From positions 22,010,001-22,074,000 of the forward strand of contig OZ076415.1 of NCBI GenBank assembly GCA_964187785.1: 64,000 nt of DNA. The letters are read 5' to 3'. The DNA comes from Amphiscolops sp. MND2022. Lineage: Eukaryota. The position numbers and the translations under genes are program-made. This document shows, in pieces, positions 13,900 through 27,600 of this stretch. Positions within the stretch are counted from its first letter, which is position 1, and each line of letters starts with the position of its first letter. The notes below the pieces were generated by a model. The model was not told the origin of the DNA, searched no databases, and worked only from the letters and a program-made list of their open reading frames with translations.

Positions 13900-15700
13900 C
13901 TTATTGCTTCATTTATGGCTTTCTGAATTTGAGAACTCACTGTCCTCATGAAATTTCCCTGGTGATTCTCTGATTTAACTCTCCTGAGACCTATTAAACT
14001 CACTGCCTGAGTCTATTTCTGTTGAAATTTGGCACTTTTGGGCAAGAGTAATAATTTCCGTTTCATGAGAATTAGAATGAGAAGTACTTTCCTGATTGAG
14101 AAGTGTGCCATAACGGGGACTTTCGGGCCTTCTGCCATAATAACTGCTTTCACTATCGTGCCTTTCCAAATGGTTTCCACCCAACATTACATCAAGATTT
14201 TTTATGTCTGACGACATATCTACTTCTCTCGACTTTCTAGCTTTCTTCTGTTTTCTAGTTGTAGATATGAAGAAAGTCCGAGTATAAATATTCGAAATAC
14301 TTCCTGTCGGAAAATCAAATCGAAAGAGTTGAACAGCAAAACTGTTTTGTAGTTATCTTTATCAGAACAGGCAAACTGCGATTGTGTCGCTCTCATGTGG
14401 AATACAGGTAAATATATACACCTGAGAGGACGACGCTCACATTCTTTACATATTCGAATCAAGAATTTACTACATGGAAGTACGTGATTTCATATGGAAG
14501 CAAACCTGTCATTTCTAATGATGGTCGTCATCAAAGAAGTATCAAGGTTGTTGGAATTTCACACAAACAAAAACCACTAAACTATCAACCGAAAATAGCT
14601 AACTCAAGAATGCCAACAAAACAAAATAAAAATTATCACCACCAACATGCGTTGACACGCGTGGCTTAATAGGACGTATTTAATAAGACAAACTGCAAAA
14701 TAATTGTAAAGGTTCGTACAACAGAACTGCCGGATTGGGTCAATTGACACATTGTCTGGTTATGAGCAAAGGTTGGGACAGGTCTAAAGACCGGTAATAA
14801 AGTGTTATTCTAATTAGCTAGCTTCCATCTCAAACACAGTTTTTATTCAGCGCACCAAGACATGTCAGGCTTTGAAATACAACATAATAGCATCATAGAA
14901 GGAGTAAATACAGCATCATGAATAATAGCCGGAATCGGCCATTTGCCTAATCCTCAAATAGGCGTTGTTAGAGTACAGTCAAACGCCCATAACCGTCAAA
15001 AGCGCTGTAGCATTTATATTAGGTCCACTGTGATTGGCTAAAATGCATTGCTAAGCGTTGTTGCCGCGTAAATAAAGAAACGCATTCAATCTTTTTTTTT
15101 ACATTTATAGCAATCTGAACAATTTAGCAACGTTAACAGACAAAAATTCTAAGCTTTAACATATAAATATAGCAACTTGTAAGATATTGAAAATAGGCTT
15201 TTTGATGCTAAATGTGAAGAGTTCCAGTGTTTCTGGTACTATTTCCTGGTTGTCTGCTGACATCGTGTATTTGATCCCGTCACAGGCGGCAGCCTGCGAC
15301 ACAGCCGGTGTTATGAAAAGCAGAATCCCCGCGTTCAGACCGTTCAAGTACGCCTCCCTCCTTAGATTTGTAACAGCTTCTGGTTCATTCGCCGGAGTAG
15401 ACTGCCTCATATAGGTGTTGACTTTCTCCATTTTGATTGCGTGTACTGAACGGCCACATACCATACAGCTCGTGCATCTCTTCTCGCTCACAGTTTCATA
15501 GGTGTTTGAATGGATGTAGTATGACACCTTAAAAGGATTACCACCTATTGTGTGTGGGGGGGTTTCCACTAATGGTCCCCTTTTATGTGGGAGCGGTGAC
15601 ATGGGCGAGTCCTGTACTGCAAGTAGAGTTCTGCATAACTCCACCGCGCACTTTCGAGGGGGCATAGCGCATCTTCTCATCGAAATACCTTTGGTATAAG
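13900..15700 (-). mobile_element. Gypsy segment A: accessory ORF - LTR (starts 15301) - truncated gag 5' end
   Basis: 15301->13900 is a diverged direct repeat of 20733->~19260; begins TGTCGCAGGCTGCCGCCTGTGACGG; gag N-terminus (ARKSRE...NLDVMLG...QIQKAINEAIS) at 14268->13900. Confidence 0.8.
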
Positions 15701-15722
15701 TGTTGCGGGAGAAGAATCTCAT
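15156..15722 (-). CDS. Gypsy accessory ORF (CxxCxxC...VSQAAACDG family); the 5' end of this ORF call is a chimera with pol
   Basis: SPMSPLP, RCTSCMVCGRS, RREAYLNGLNAG and VSQAAACDG match 35199-35703 (IPMSPTP, NCLDCVICGKS, RKRAFIEGMQNG, VSQAAACDG); the last ~48 codons lie inside the LTR. Confidence 0.65.
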   Translation of the reverse strand: MRFFSRNTYTKGISMRRCAMPPRKCAVELCRTLLAVQDSPMSPLPHKRGPLVETPPHTIGGNPFKVSYYIHSNTYETVSEKRCTSCMVCGRSVHAIKMEKVNTYMRQSTPANEPEAVTNLRREAYLNGLNAGILLFITPAVSQAAACDGIKYTMSADNQEIVPETLELFTFSIKKPIFNILQVAIFIC

Positions 15723-18700
15723 GGTATTTTACGTTCACGGTTTTGTCGAAGCCTTGCCTAGTCAGGATATCCTCCTCGACTACAATTCGCTCTAAAAGGT
15801 AGCGTAGTGTCCATATCGGGCATCTTGCTGCAGTACGTGTTCAGAATATTCCTCATGAAGTAGTTTTACCTTCATGTGCAGTAATACTGCGTCTTTAGAC
15901 TGCTCGATAATAATCGGGTTAGTTTTTTGTAAACGGACTTGTATCTCTGGTTGCTGTTTTACCAATTTTGTCGAAACTGACTGAATTTTTATGGCTGCTT
16001 CTGTTGCTTCTTTCCTCCAGAATATTGTTCTTCAGTTTCATCATCGTCGTTTTTATAGACAATTTGGTCTTCCTGTGACCCCCCTCTTGATTGGACGTTG
16101 GTATCTATTGGCAAAATCTGTACGTATTCAAGGATTTTCTTGACTAATTTGTCTTTCGGATCAACCTCTAGTCCGCCGCTGTGTTTTGTATGCCCGGGAT
16201 GTGGGATTGGACAAAATTAAACTTTATGACCAAGTCACATGCAATCCACAGGGGGTACAAATTTTGCCTGAAGAAATCGAGTCACAGCTTTGTTGTCAGT
16301 AAAGATAATGACAGTTTCGGCGCGCCCCAGAAAATGTGTCCAAATCCTTTGAATGTGATATAAATCGCAAGAAATTACTTTGCGTGAATGGACATCTTGA
16401 TTTGGGCTGGGGAGACGATTTTCGAACCATAAGCAACCGGAGCATAAGATTTGCGGAGTGGGGTAAACTTCTGATTTGGATCATCTTCTACCACGATTGC
16501 ATATCCTGCAGCAGCGAAACATGCGTCTGTCATTAAGACAGTTTGCTTGTTGGGAAGAGGCTGCTGGAGGGCTATGTCGCAACATTTGTCCAGTGCTTTG
16601 TTACTTTCCTCAAATTGCTGAACCATTTTTTTAGATACCAGGACCTTTTAGTCACTTTTCTGCATCTTGTAGACTGGGGTTAGGCGTTCAGACAGTCTTA
16701 ATAGTTTCGGTAGTAACTCAAGAATCGCAAGTAGCTATGTAAAGCCTTTTTCGACTTGGGAAATTTGGTCTTCCCAAGGAAGTTTTGGACATTTTGCTTT
16801 TGGGGTTTGACGCCTTGAGGCGTGATGGTTCGTCCAATGATATGCTTTCAAGCAGTCCAATTTACAGAAGAGTTTTTACCCGGCCATGTGATGGGCAGCG
16901 TCAATTAGGGTGCTAACAGGATGATTTTTAATTATATAATCGTCCGATTTTACGTTGTTGCTTTTCCTCAAGTCAACCAGTAGTCGGAGTTTCTCATTTG
17001 ACTTTTCCTGTGCAAATATTAGACCAGCATATTTGGAAAACGGAAGTGTTGCAATTATTCCATATCTGTGTAGCATGGCTAGTTCGACGAGAATGTCTTC
17101 TTTCAAGTTAACGGTCCTGGAAGACTTCGACTGTAAACTGGGGAATTATTCTTAGGTGATAGTTTCATTTTGAATTCTTCTTTCATGCCGATGTCAAATC
17201 GGTGTCTTGCGAAGATATCATAGAATTTCACTAATAGGTCTTCAATCCTGGCTATTTCAACAGACGCAAGAATGAAATCTTCCCAGTCGAAGTTTTCTAG
17301 GAATTTTTCCCAAGGTTCCTCGTCTTTTGTGGGATCAAGGATCTCCAGATCTTGTAGAGCCTGTAATTCGCGTAGGATTTTTTTGGATAAGCGTGTGTTC
17401 GTCGGGGTTTCCAGGATTCTCTGGTGTGGGAAACCAATAGTTTTCAGAGCTTCCCGGATTTTTGTTTGTCTTGATAAGTCTGCTAACATAATGGGCTTCC
17501 TGCTCCTGGTCGTTTTGTAGTAAATGCGAGGTTGACAATGGGTCGACCGGTTTGACGTAATTAATCTGTTCCGGTGTCATGACTGAGATGTTAGCAAATT
17601 GTACTTCCTTCTTGATTTTGTAGGGGTGATCCGTGAAATTGTTCACTGGTATTTCAATATTGCTTTAAGTCAACGTAACTAGTGCAGGGCAAAATGTAAT
17701 GTCCCCTTCTTCATGTAGAAGGTCACTTGGTTGAAGTATACCAGTGACTGCGTTCTCAGAATAGAGGAGGGAGTTCGTCCTGATTAGGACTCTATCGTTC
17801 GGCAGAATGGTTACTTCAGTAGGGTTCAGAATTGGCTCGAGAACATTAGAGTTTCGCTGATCTGCTATTTGGAGCAGCATAAAAATGAATGGAAACTTTA
17901 GGATGCTTCGCCTCGTGTCCATCACTGTATGATATCTCTGGAGGAACAATAGTCCAAATATCGGTCCCGTCCTTTTTCTCCCCGGTTTTCCATTACTATC
18001 ATGATTTCATGCAATTCGATATCACCAACCTTAAATTTCAATTCAATTGTACTCTTCCAACTTTCAATTTCGTTCTTCTTGGTTGTGGACTGGGAGTCAG
18101 ATGATGTTGCGTTATATTGTGGTTTTTGTATTTTCAAGTCTGGATTGTTGTTATGCGTCTTCAGGCCTAGTACGTTTAGGCTTGAGATGCGCACCACCGC
18201 CTTGCCAACATCGTTCCTCGGAGTGGTTTTTCTTGCCACAAGTTCCGCAATCAGGGTAAATCTTCTTCTGAGCCGATTTGCCTTTTTGGGCATCCTTTTC
18301 TCTTTTTTTAGTTCTTCGCAGTCCTTGACCATATGGCCCTTTCCCCTGCAGTAGTTGCAGACGATGTCGAATGATATCCCACTGGAGAGGAAGCCCTTCG
18401 GATTGTGGAAGACGTCATTGTTGCCATGGGTAGGTCGTCGGACTCTTCAAGAGCGTTGAGCTCTTTTTCTCTTTCAAGATGGGCCACAAGTTCGTCGTAA
18501 GAGCCGTTTTCTAATCAGTCTATGTTGACAGATCTTTTCAATTTCGGTGGCAGTTTTGCGGAGACAAGTCTGGTAGCTTCATCGTTTTAGGGTCAAATAC
18601 CAGACGGTGCCATTTGTGTTCGGCAGTCGCCTGAGATTCAGGTTTGACATATTGAAGTCTGAAAATGAATACGTCTTCACGAATCTGTCTGTTGGCCGTG

Positions 18701-20733
18701 CTGATGTTTCTGAACGTTTGTAACGCCCCATCCTGAGAAGTGAGTGGAAGTGATTGATTTGCATCTGCTCAGACATTTTTGGCTGCATCTTGATCATCGT
18801 ATGGAATAAATACTCGAACAGCTCACTTTTGCCATCGGAAGTCATAGTGTTAGAGTTGAGTGGGCCCATAGTGAGCTGTTGGGCTCTTTGACAATTCTGG
18901 AGATTTGTCAACATATCTGCCAATCTGTTATGTGGGTCTTGTAAGGCCTCTGGAGGGGATTGTTCTGTTGCAGCAGGGTTGTGTCGAGGGGATCCTTGTG
19001 GCCACGAGGGGATTGATTGAGTGCAGATCGCGAAAGCATTCGCCCGGTGCGAAATTCGGGATTAATATTTGGAGATTCGTTGTCTCCTGTCACCATGTCA
19101 TGAGTACTTTCTAAGTCTGGAGTCGCTCCCAAACCTACGGTCCAAGGCTTCTTCAGATATGTATACTGGTCTTCTAGCCGGGCCTTCCCATCTTCTTTCA
19201 GACATGCCTCCTTGTCTAGATTTCAGAGTGGCTTGTATTTGAGGCAAAATCTGGTCACTAATTGCCTCATTAATGGCTCTCTGAATTTGAGAACTCACTG
19301 TGCTCATGAAATCACTCAATTCCTTGTTGATTCGCTCATTGAACTCTCCTGAGTGCGTATTAAACTCACTGCCTGAGTCTATTTCTCTTGAAATTTGTCC
19401 GTTTTGGGCACAAGTCAAACATTCCGTTTTAGAATTACATTCAGAGAATTAGGATGGGTATTGCTTTCCTGATTTAGAAGTGTGCCATAACTGGGACTTT
19501 TGGGCCTTCTGCAATAATTACATTACTAGTTTCACTATCGTCCATTTCCAAATGGTTTCTACGTAACATTACAACCAGATTTTCTATGTCTGTTAACAAA
19601 TCTACTTCTCTTGACTTTCTAGCTTTCTTCTGTTTTCTGGTGATAGGCATGGAGAAAGTCCGAGTGTAATTATTCAAATTACTTCTAATCGAAAAGTCTA
19701 ATCGGAAATTGAATGAGTTTAACAGCAAAACCCTTTTGTAGTTATTTTTATCAGAACAGGCTAATTGAGATTGTGTCTCTCTCTCAATCAGGTATATATA
19801 CTCCTGAGAGTACGATGCTAACATTCTTTACATATTCTAATCAAGATTATACTACATCGAAGCACGTGATTTTATATGGAAACAACCCTATCAAGTCTCA
19901 TGATGGTCAACATCAAAGAGTTATTAAGGTTGGTGGAATTTCACAGGTCAAATATTTGCGGTTAAAGAGCAACTTCAAACAAAGACCACTAAACTATCAA
20001 CCAAAAATTGCTACTTCAAGAACGTCAACAAAACAAAATAGTACAAATATTCACCACCAACACGCGTTGACAGGCGTGACGTAATAGTTTGTATTGAAAA
20101 AAAAACAAACTGCAAATTACATGTGAAGGTTCGTACACCAGGACTGCCAGATTGGGCAAATTGACACAATGTCTGGTTATGAGCAAAGGTTGGGACAGGT
20201 CTAAAGACCGATACTAAAGTGTTAGACTAATTAGCTAGCTTTCATATCAAACACACTTTTTTTCAGCGCACCAGTACATATCAGGCTTTGAAATACAAAA
20301 TAATAGCCTCATAGAAGGAGTAAATACAGCATCATGAAAAATAGTCAGAATCGGCCATTCGCCTAATCTTCAAGTAAGAGTTGTTAGAGTACAGTCAAAC
20401 GGCCATAACCTGCAAAAGCGCTGTGGCATTAATATTAGGTGCACTGTGATTGGCTAAAATGTATTGCTAAGCGTTGTTGCCGCGTAAATACAGAAACTCA
20501 TTTTATCAATTTTATTACATTTACAGCAATCGTTAACGAATTTAGCAACGTTAACAGACTAATATTCTAAGCTTCAACATATAAATATAGCAACTTGTAA
20601 GATATTGAAAATAGGCTTTTTGATGCTAAATGTGAAGAGTGCCCGTAATAAATAAGGAGTGTTTGTGGTACTATTTTCTGGTTGTCCGCTGACATCGTGT
20701 ATTTGATCCCGTCACAGGCGGCAGCCTGCGACA
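15700..20733 (-). mobile_element. Gypsy element B: 5' LTR (starts 20733), gag, internally deleted pol lacking integrase
   Basis: gag ATG at 19650 (MPITRKQKKARKSRE); two CCHC knuckles (CNYCRGKGHMVKDC, CGTCGKKNHSEERC) ~18360-18215; RT N-terminus (LVELAMLHRYGIIATLPFSKYA) with deletion after KLDC removing YxDD; RNase H (VLMTDACFAAAGYAIV); linker ending KYHEILLPQHL at ~15705. Confidence 0.88.
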
Positions 20734-21237
20734 GTGCCATTCGTATGTAAACGTTTATGTTTTTTTCCTCAAAGGTGATTCTAGCTACAGTGTTGCACAT
20801 AAGGCCCTCTATGCTGCGAAAGAGTGCAAGAGTGTCGTCGCAGGCGGCCGCCTGTGATGGTAATTTCTACACCATTGACCACAGCCTACCCATTGCCCTA
20901 CCCGGAACATTGCCTATATAACTGCAATAGTTATTGAACTTGGAAACACTACTTGTTTCTTGGCGTTTTCAACACATGTAAAACAATTTATGTATTTGTA
21001 TTTGTAATGCAGTTAATATTTGACAGCAAGCTATACTGACAGGCAGAAAAGAAACGAGTTCAAATGTTTGCCTGTTCAGTATAGCTAGCATAGCCGCCCA
21101 CGGGGAAACAGCCAATCAGAGCTTTCTAGCCATATTTGTAGTTGCTATGATGTATTCATTCACTAATCGGATTGGAGCGTCAAGGCCACTTGGCCTAGGC
21201 GGTATAATTGCATTTTGTTGTTGTATTGTGCTTTTAT

Positions 21238-24200
21238 TGAATGAATAGAACACAACGAGTGCATCAGTAATAACTAAATAGCCTTACTTGTCTAAACAAA
21301 GCTAATGCTGTTACGATATGAAAGTAAGGCCTGATACGGTCAACCGACTTCCATTTCTCAGAACCAATATGAAATTGATGCTACCTTTGATAATGTATCA
21401 ATGAAATATGTACTATGGATTGCAGAATATTCAACCTCATGTAAATATCGAAATGTAATGTTGCCCTTTTTTCCCATACTGGAGTGAGTCCAAAAAAACC
21501 TTTACGGCCATGAGCCGTGTAGGGTCAACATGAATTGTTGTGCATGTAAAATTGTTTCTTCCATGAAATTACGCTTGTAAACAATTTGACCTATACGCCC
21601 TATGTCCTTGTCGGGCGCTTTGATCTAACCGCCTGCACTAGCCTGCAGTGATGTCATATTGCTATTTATAGACTTGATGTAACTATTTTTAGCCTTTGTG
21701 TTGTTTATAGTATCATGACAGTTAATTTTGTGAGTGTCATCATAACGTGAATATGCCCAAATTGGCTCTTAGACTCAATAATCAAATGATACAGTTATTG
21801 TTCAGTTGCTCTTATACTAGTTGTACAAGAACCCTTGTGAAACTCAGTTTTATATATTCCACAGGAACTATTTAAATATTATCTCCTGGAGAAACATTTT
21901 CAATGCTTTCCACAAGGAAACGACTTACTATCCAATGGCCTTGAGACCAACAAGAATAACCAATGCTCATACTGCAAAGCTGAAGACAATCTTGGAAAGA
22001 TTGCCCAAAACTCAAAACGAAAAAAAGAAACGGAGGCCAAAAATGGCAAGAAGCCTCAACGCCCAACTTATCCAGAATGTCCCACTTGCAGCAAAACCAA
22101 TCACCCAGCAGAGAAATGTTGACGTGGTGCCGGAGGCCACTTTCGTCTCAAAAGGAATAGACAGGACTCCAAAGATACGGACCCCTCTGAAGACGGAGAC
22201 ACCCACACCAAAAATGACAAACCTGAAACATCTACATCAGACCACTCCAATTCGAAGAAGCCTTGAAGACTCAATGAATGAATAGAACACAACGAGTGCA
22301 GCAGTAATAACTAAATAGCCTTACTTGTCTAAACAAAGCTAATTCGGTTACGATATGAAAATAAGGCCTGATACGGTCAACCGACTGAATGAGTACTTCC
22401 ATTTCTCAGAACCAATATGAAATTGATGCTACCTTTGATAATGTATCAATGAAATATGTACTATGGATTGCAGAATATTCAACCTCATGTAAATATCAAA
22501 ATGTAATGTTGCCCTTTTTTCCCATACTGGAGTGAGTCCAAAAAAACCCTTACGGCCATGAGCCGTGTAGGGTCAACATGAATTGTTGTGCATGTAAAAT
22601 TGTTTCTTCCATGAAATTACGCTTGTAAACAATTTGACCTATACGCCCTATGTCCTTGTCGGGCGCTTTGATCTAACCGCCTGCACTAGCCTGCAGTGAT
22701 GTCATATTGCTATTTATAGACTTGATGTAACTATTTTTAGCCTTTGTGTTATTTATAGTATCATGACATTTAAATTTGTGAGTGTCATCATAACGTGAAT
22801 ATGCCCAAATTGGCTCTTAGACTCAATAATCAAATGATACAGTTATTGTTCAGTTGCTCTTATACTAGTTGTACAAGAACCCCTGTGAAACTCAGTTTTA
22901 TATATTCCACAGGAACTATTTAAATATTATCTCCTGGAGAAACATTTTCAATGCTTTCCACAAGGAAACGAAAAGCCAAGGCCAGAAAATCAAGAGATTT
23001 AGATATGGTGTCCGATTACGGCAATATGGACGTAATGTTAGGTGAAAGAAATTCCAACTCTATAGAAAGAGAATTGGACAGCCTAATTAACGTCCCTGAA
23101 AGGCAGCAAGACTTCCAGTATTTCCCTAACAGGGAAAACTCGTCTTTAGAAAATGAAATTAGAGACATTGATAGTAGAAATGAGCCTGTTAGAGAAAGTA
23201 GACCAATGGAGTCGATCAATAAGATATCAGGAGAAATGAAATCTAGGATGTCTCGGGATTTGGAGACAATGATGGACGTAATGCACACCCAAATTAGTAG
23301 TGTCATTAGTTCGGTTATAAGTGAGAGAACTATCCCGGAGATACAAAACATGGTAGAATACTTGCCTTGGAACCAACATGGCGTTGAACCGTGTACGTCC
23401 ACAAATGAGGACAGAGCTGTGAATGTATGGAAGAACGCAAGTACAAAATTAGCAAAGAAGGACTCAAGGTCTACTTGTGATCTGAGAGATCACACGGACA
23501 ATGTTCCTTACATGGTGACAGGAGCTAACGATCTCCAACAGTTGATTCCCGAATTCCTCACAGGACCAATTCACTCTCAGCCAGACCTTCAGAGACAGGA
23601 ATCCGCGCATGATACAACCCTGGATACAAATCTACAGGTGGCAGAGCCCGTCACAGCCGCGAACAGCCACAAGACCCTATCAATCAACTGGCAGATGTGT
23701 TGGTAAATCTCCAAAGCAAACGACAATCAATGACAATCCCACCGGTCACGACAAACCCCATGACTTTCGATGGCAAAACAGCGAAAATCGAACGGTTTGA
23801 AGATCTATTTCATACAATGATCAAAATAGAGCCCGCCGTGACTGAACAGTTAAATAAAATCACTTTCACTCATTACTCAGAAAGGGGGCTCTACAAACAT
23901 TTCCCAATATGAACTCTATAAACGGTCAAACACAGGAGGACGTATTGGTCATCGTTCGCAGAAAATACGTCAAACCCGACTCTCAAGCCACAGCCAATCA
24001 TAAGTGGCACCGACTTATTTTTGACCCCAAAACGATAAAATTGCCTGACTTTCTTGAAAAATTCAATCAAGGAGCCGAGAAAGCCTTTGGAAAGAATGCT
24101 ATAAACATGATTGATAGCCTGCATTTTGCCGAATTACATCCCAAGCATGGCCCGGGTAGAAAACGGAAAAAATGAGGAAATCGTGGCACTTCTTGAATAG

Positions 24201-24603
24201 TAACTTGAATTAAATGCCTTAGAAGAATCTGACAATTTACCCATTGTCACAACTTACTATCCAATGGCCTTGAGACCAACAAGAATAACCAATGCTCATA
24301 CTGCAAAGCTGAAGACAATCTTGGAAATATTGCCCAAAACTCAAAAAGAAAAAAAGAAACGGAGGCCAAAAATGGCAAGAAGCCTCAACGCCCAACTTAT
24401 CCAGAATGTCCCACTTGCAGCAAAACCAATCACCCAGCAGAGAAATGTTGACGTGGTGCCGGAGGCCACTTTCGTCCCAAAAGGAATAGACAGGACTCCA
24501 AAGATACGGACCCCTCTGAAGACGGAGACACCCACACTAAAAATGACAAATCTGAAACATCTACATCAGGCAACTCCAATTCGAAGAAGCCTTGAAGACT
24601 CAA
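21238..24603 (+). repeat. Internal tandem duplication with deletion: X(21238-21923) Y(21924-22274) then X'(22275-22971) - gag core - Y'(24253-24603)
   Basis: Near-identical sequence pairs readable directly; in the first copy ...CCACAAGGAAACGA is joined straight to CTTACTATCCAATGG..., skipping ~1.28 kb of gag. Confidence 0.9.
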
Positions 24604-27600
24604 AAAACTAATTTTGCCAAGACTCCAATTATTTGACCGAATGTCGATACGACAATATGTCATATTCGACCTTTCCAACGTAACATACAAACAATATTAC
24701 AGTGACATCAATGGAACACCATCAGTCGTCTGGCAGCAACAGATGGAAAAAACCAAAATTAAACATACGAAATGGACCACAACAACCGCCTGGACCGATT
24801 CTTCGACATGGACTATACTACAGCTTTTGAAACACGATTTCGACCACTTCAACTAATCGAAGGTTATGACCCTCACTATATTGACCCTGAATTTGGCATA
24901 GACCAATTCTGGGACAATTCCCTCTAAACGAAAATTGCAATTCAAATGTGAAGATCACCCACCAACAGACGATGAGCATGGCGAAATCCCAGATACCAAT
25001 ATATCAAAGGCGCTCATCGGATTGTGGCAGCCTAATTCTTATATCACCAATGCGGAAGAGATAGAAGACCCAACTATTCAAAGGGCCACAGACCGAACCG
25101 GGCTTATTAGATGAATCAGCCTTTTTACATGTCCTAGTAACTACAGAAGGAGAACCAGCATATAAACCCTTATCCACAAACCTCGGACACAAATACAATA
25201 AACTGATGCTATATTTCCCGATGGACTTTGGGGAAATAACCATAGACGGCCTCAGAGACACTGGAGCCCACTCCAGTGCAATACAAGAAGCAGACCTCAG
25301 GAAAATACGTTTATTAGCGCCTCATTTCATAGTAAATGAGGGACCTGCCCCATCTTTCTAAATATTGGTCGCAAATGGACAATTGGAAACCCAAAGAGCA
25401 CCGTTGAACTCAAGTTCGAAGTTGGAGATATCGAATTCCATGAAAGATTTATAGTAACGGAAAAACTGATTGGCCCCATAATGGGACTAATGTTCCTCCA
25501 AAGGAGTCATACAGTCCTGGACATGCGCCAATGCATACTCAACTTCCCATATTTCTCCATGCAACTCAAAACGGCTGACCCTAAACACTCTAACGTCCTG
25601 GAACCTATACTTAATCCAGACGATTTCACAATACCACCCAATGACCGTATCTTATTATAAATCAAATCCCAGATCCACAACGAAAACACGGTCACAGGGG
25701 TGTTACAACCCAGTGATCTCCTCTACGAGGAAGGCAATTTCATATTTGTGCCGCAATAGTCACGTTGACCAATGGGACTGTCAACGTCCATATCAATAAC
25801 TTCACGGATCAACCATACAGTCTTAAAAAGGGACTACACATAGCAAACTTCTCAGTACTAACACCGGAACAAATGAAGCACGTTAAACCAATCGAGCCGG
25901 TGTCCACGTAGCATCTCCTCAACGAAAATGAGGAGGACGCAATCTTTTTTATCAGTAGTCTACTCAAGGCAAACCGAAACAATGATCAATATGAATAGTA
26001 CGGGTTCCCATCACCAGAAATCCCAGGGGACGAAGATTCCCACACTCCCATCCAACGACAAATTCTACAAGAATTACGAAATCTTCAAGAAACTGAACAA
26101 CTAGACCCTCAGAACAAGGAAGGATCACGCCGTAATTTCTCCAGTAACTTTGATTGGAAAGACTCGATGCTTCAACAATATTAAATCAAAGATCGAATTG
26201 CTCCTAGTTGAATACCACGATATCTTGCAACTCACATATTTGTTATCGGGATTATTGAAGAATTCACGGTCAATCTAACCCCCAAGGACGAATCGCCCGC
26301 TTATAGCCAAAGTCTTCCAACTCCAGTCAACTTAAAGGAAGATATACTTGTCGAGCTGGCCCTCTTACACAAAAATGGATTAACAACTACACTGCCAATT
26401 TCCAAATATGCCAGCCCAATATTTGCACAGAAAAAACCGAAGAGAAAGCTAAGACTACTGGTCGATTTGAGGAAAATAAACAACCTCATCTCGGATGATT
26501 ATATAAGTAACAATCATCCAGTTAGTACCATAAGGGATGCTGTGCAACATATGGCAGGCAAGAAACTGTTCTGTAAACTTGACTGTTCACATGCATTTCA
26601 CTGCCTTCCAATGGCGGACCAAAGGTCCATTGAGATGCTTGCGTTCAGTTTTGCAAGCCGCACCTGTGCCTACAAAAGACTCGCCAAGGGCCTTTGCAGA
26701 GCATTACCGGCGGTTTCAAGCTCTATGGGAGAATACCGCGATGAAGTTGTCAAAGCTGATCAATTTTCCTAATATGTGGACGATATAGGCATAGCCGCTA
26801 TTGACGCCAATCACCCTATCAAAAACCTGAAAGCAACATTCGAATGCATCAGAAAAGCGGGACTCAAGCTAACAAAGTATAAATGCCACTTTGGGGCAAC
26901 GGACATTGATTTTCTAGGGAAAACAATCACTCCGGAGGGCGTCAAACCACAAAAGGAGAAAATAACAGCTTTCTTAGAACAAACAAAAGTCCCAAAATCC
27001 AAAAAAGCACTACAGCGATACCTTGGATTCCTAAACTACTACAGGGACTACATCCCAAAGCTATCTGAAAAACTAGCCCCTTTCTTCCAACTCCTCAAAA
27101 AGGATGAGAAGGTCCTAGTGACCACAGAGCTAGTGCAACAATTTAACGAAATTAACCGAGACCTTGACAAATGTAGTCAACTGGCCCTTAAACAACCATT
27201 GCCAAACAAGCAACTAGTACTAATGATAGATGCTAGCTTTACAGCGGCCGGCTACGCCATACTCACTGAGAACGACCCATATCAAAAATATTCCCTCGTC
27301 AAAAAATCATACGCTTCATTGCATATGGGTCAATGACCTTTACGCCATCGCAACTTAAAATGTCAATATACGCCAAGGAATTTTCAGCCATCTACTATGC
27401 ATTTAAAGAATTTGGACACATTTTCTGGAGAGCACCCAAACCGATCACTATCCTTACGGACAACAAATCGGTCACAAGATACTTCCAGACGAGAATAATT
27501 CCTCCGGCACTCTGGAACGCCTGTGACTATGTAATACAATTAAACTTTGTCATAGCACATATCCCAGGGAAACACACTACAGCGACCTACTACTTATCTC

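Noticed and set aside
20733-20833. Recombination hotspot breaking two elements at the same palindrome
   Set aside because: Simpler explanation: the motif is the TG-initiated LTR start (purine tract upstream in copy D), so both elements simply begin there.
21821-24611. ORFs 21821-22285 and 24264-24611 as real proteins
   Set aside because: The conserved CCHC knuckle (CPTCSKTNHPAEKC) is in another frame; these calls are off-frame readings of decayed gag.
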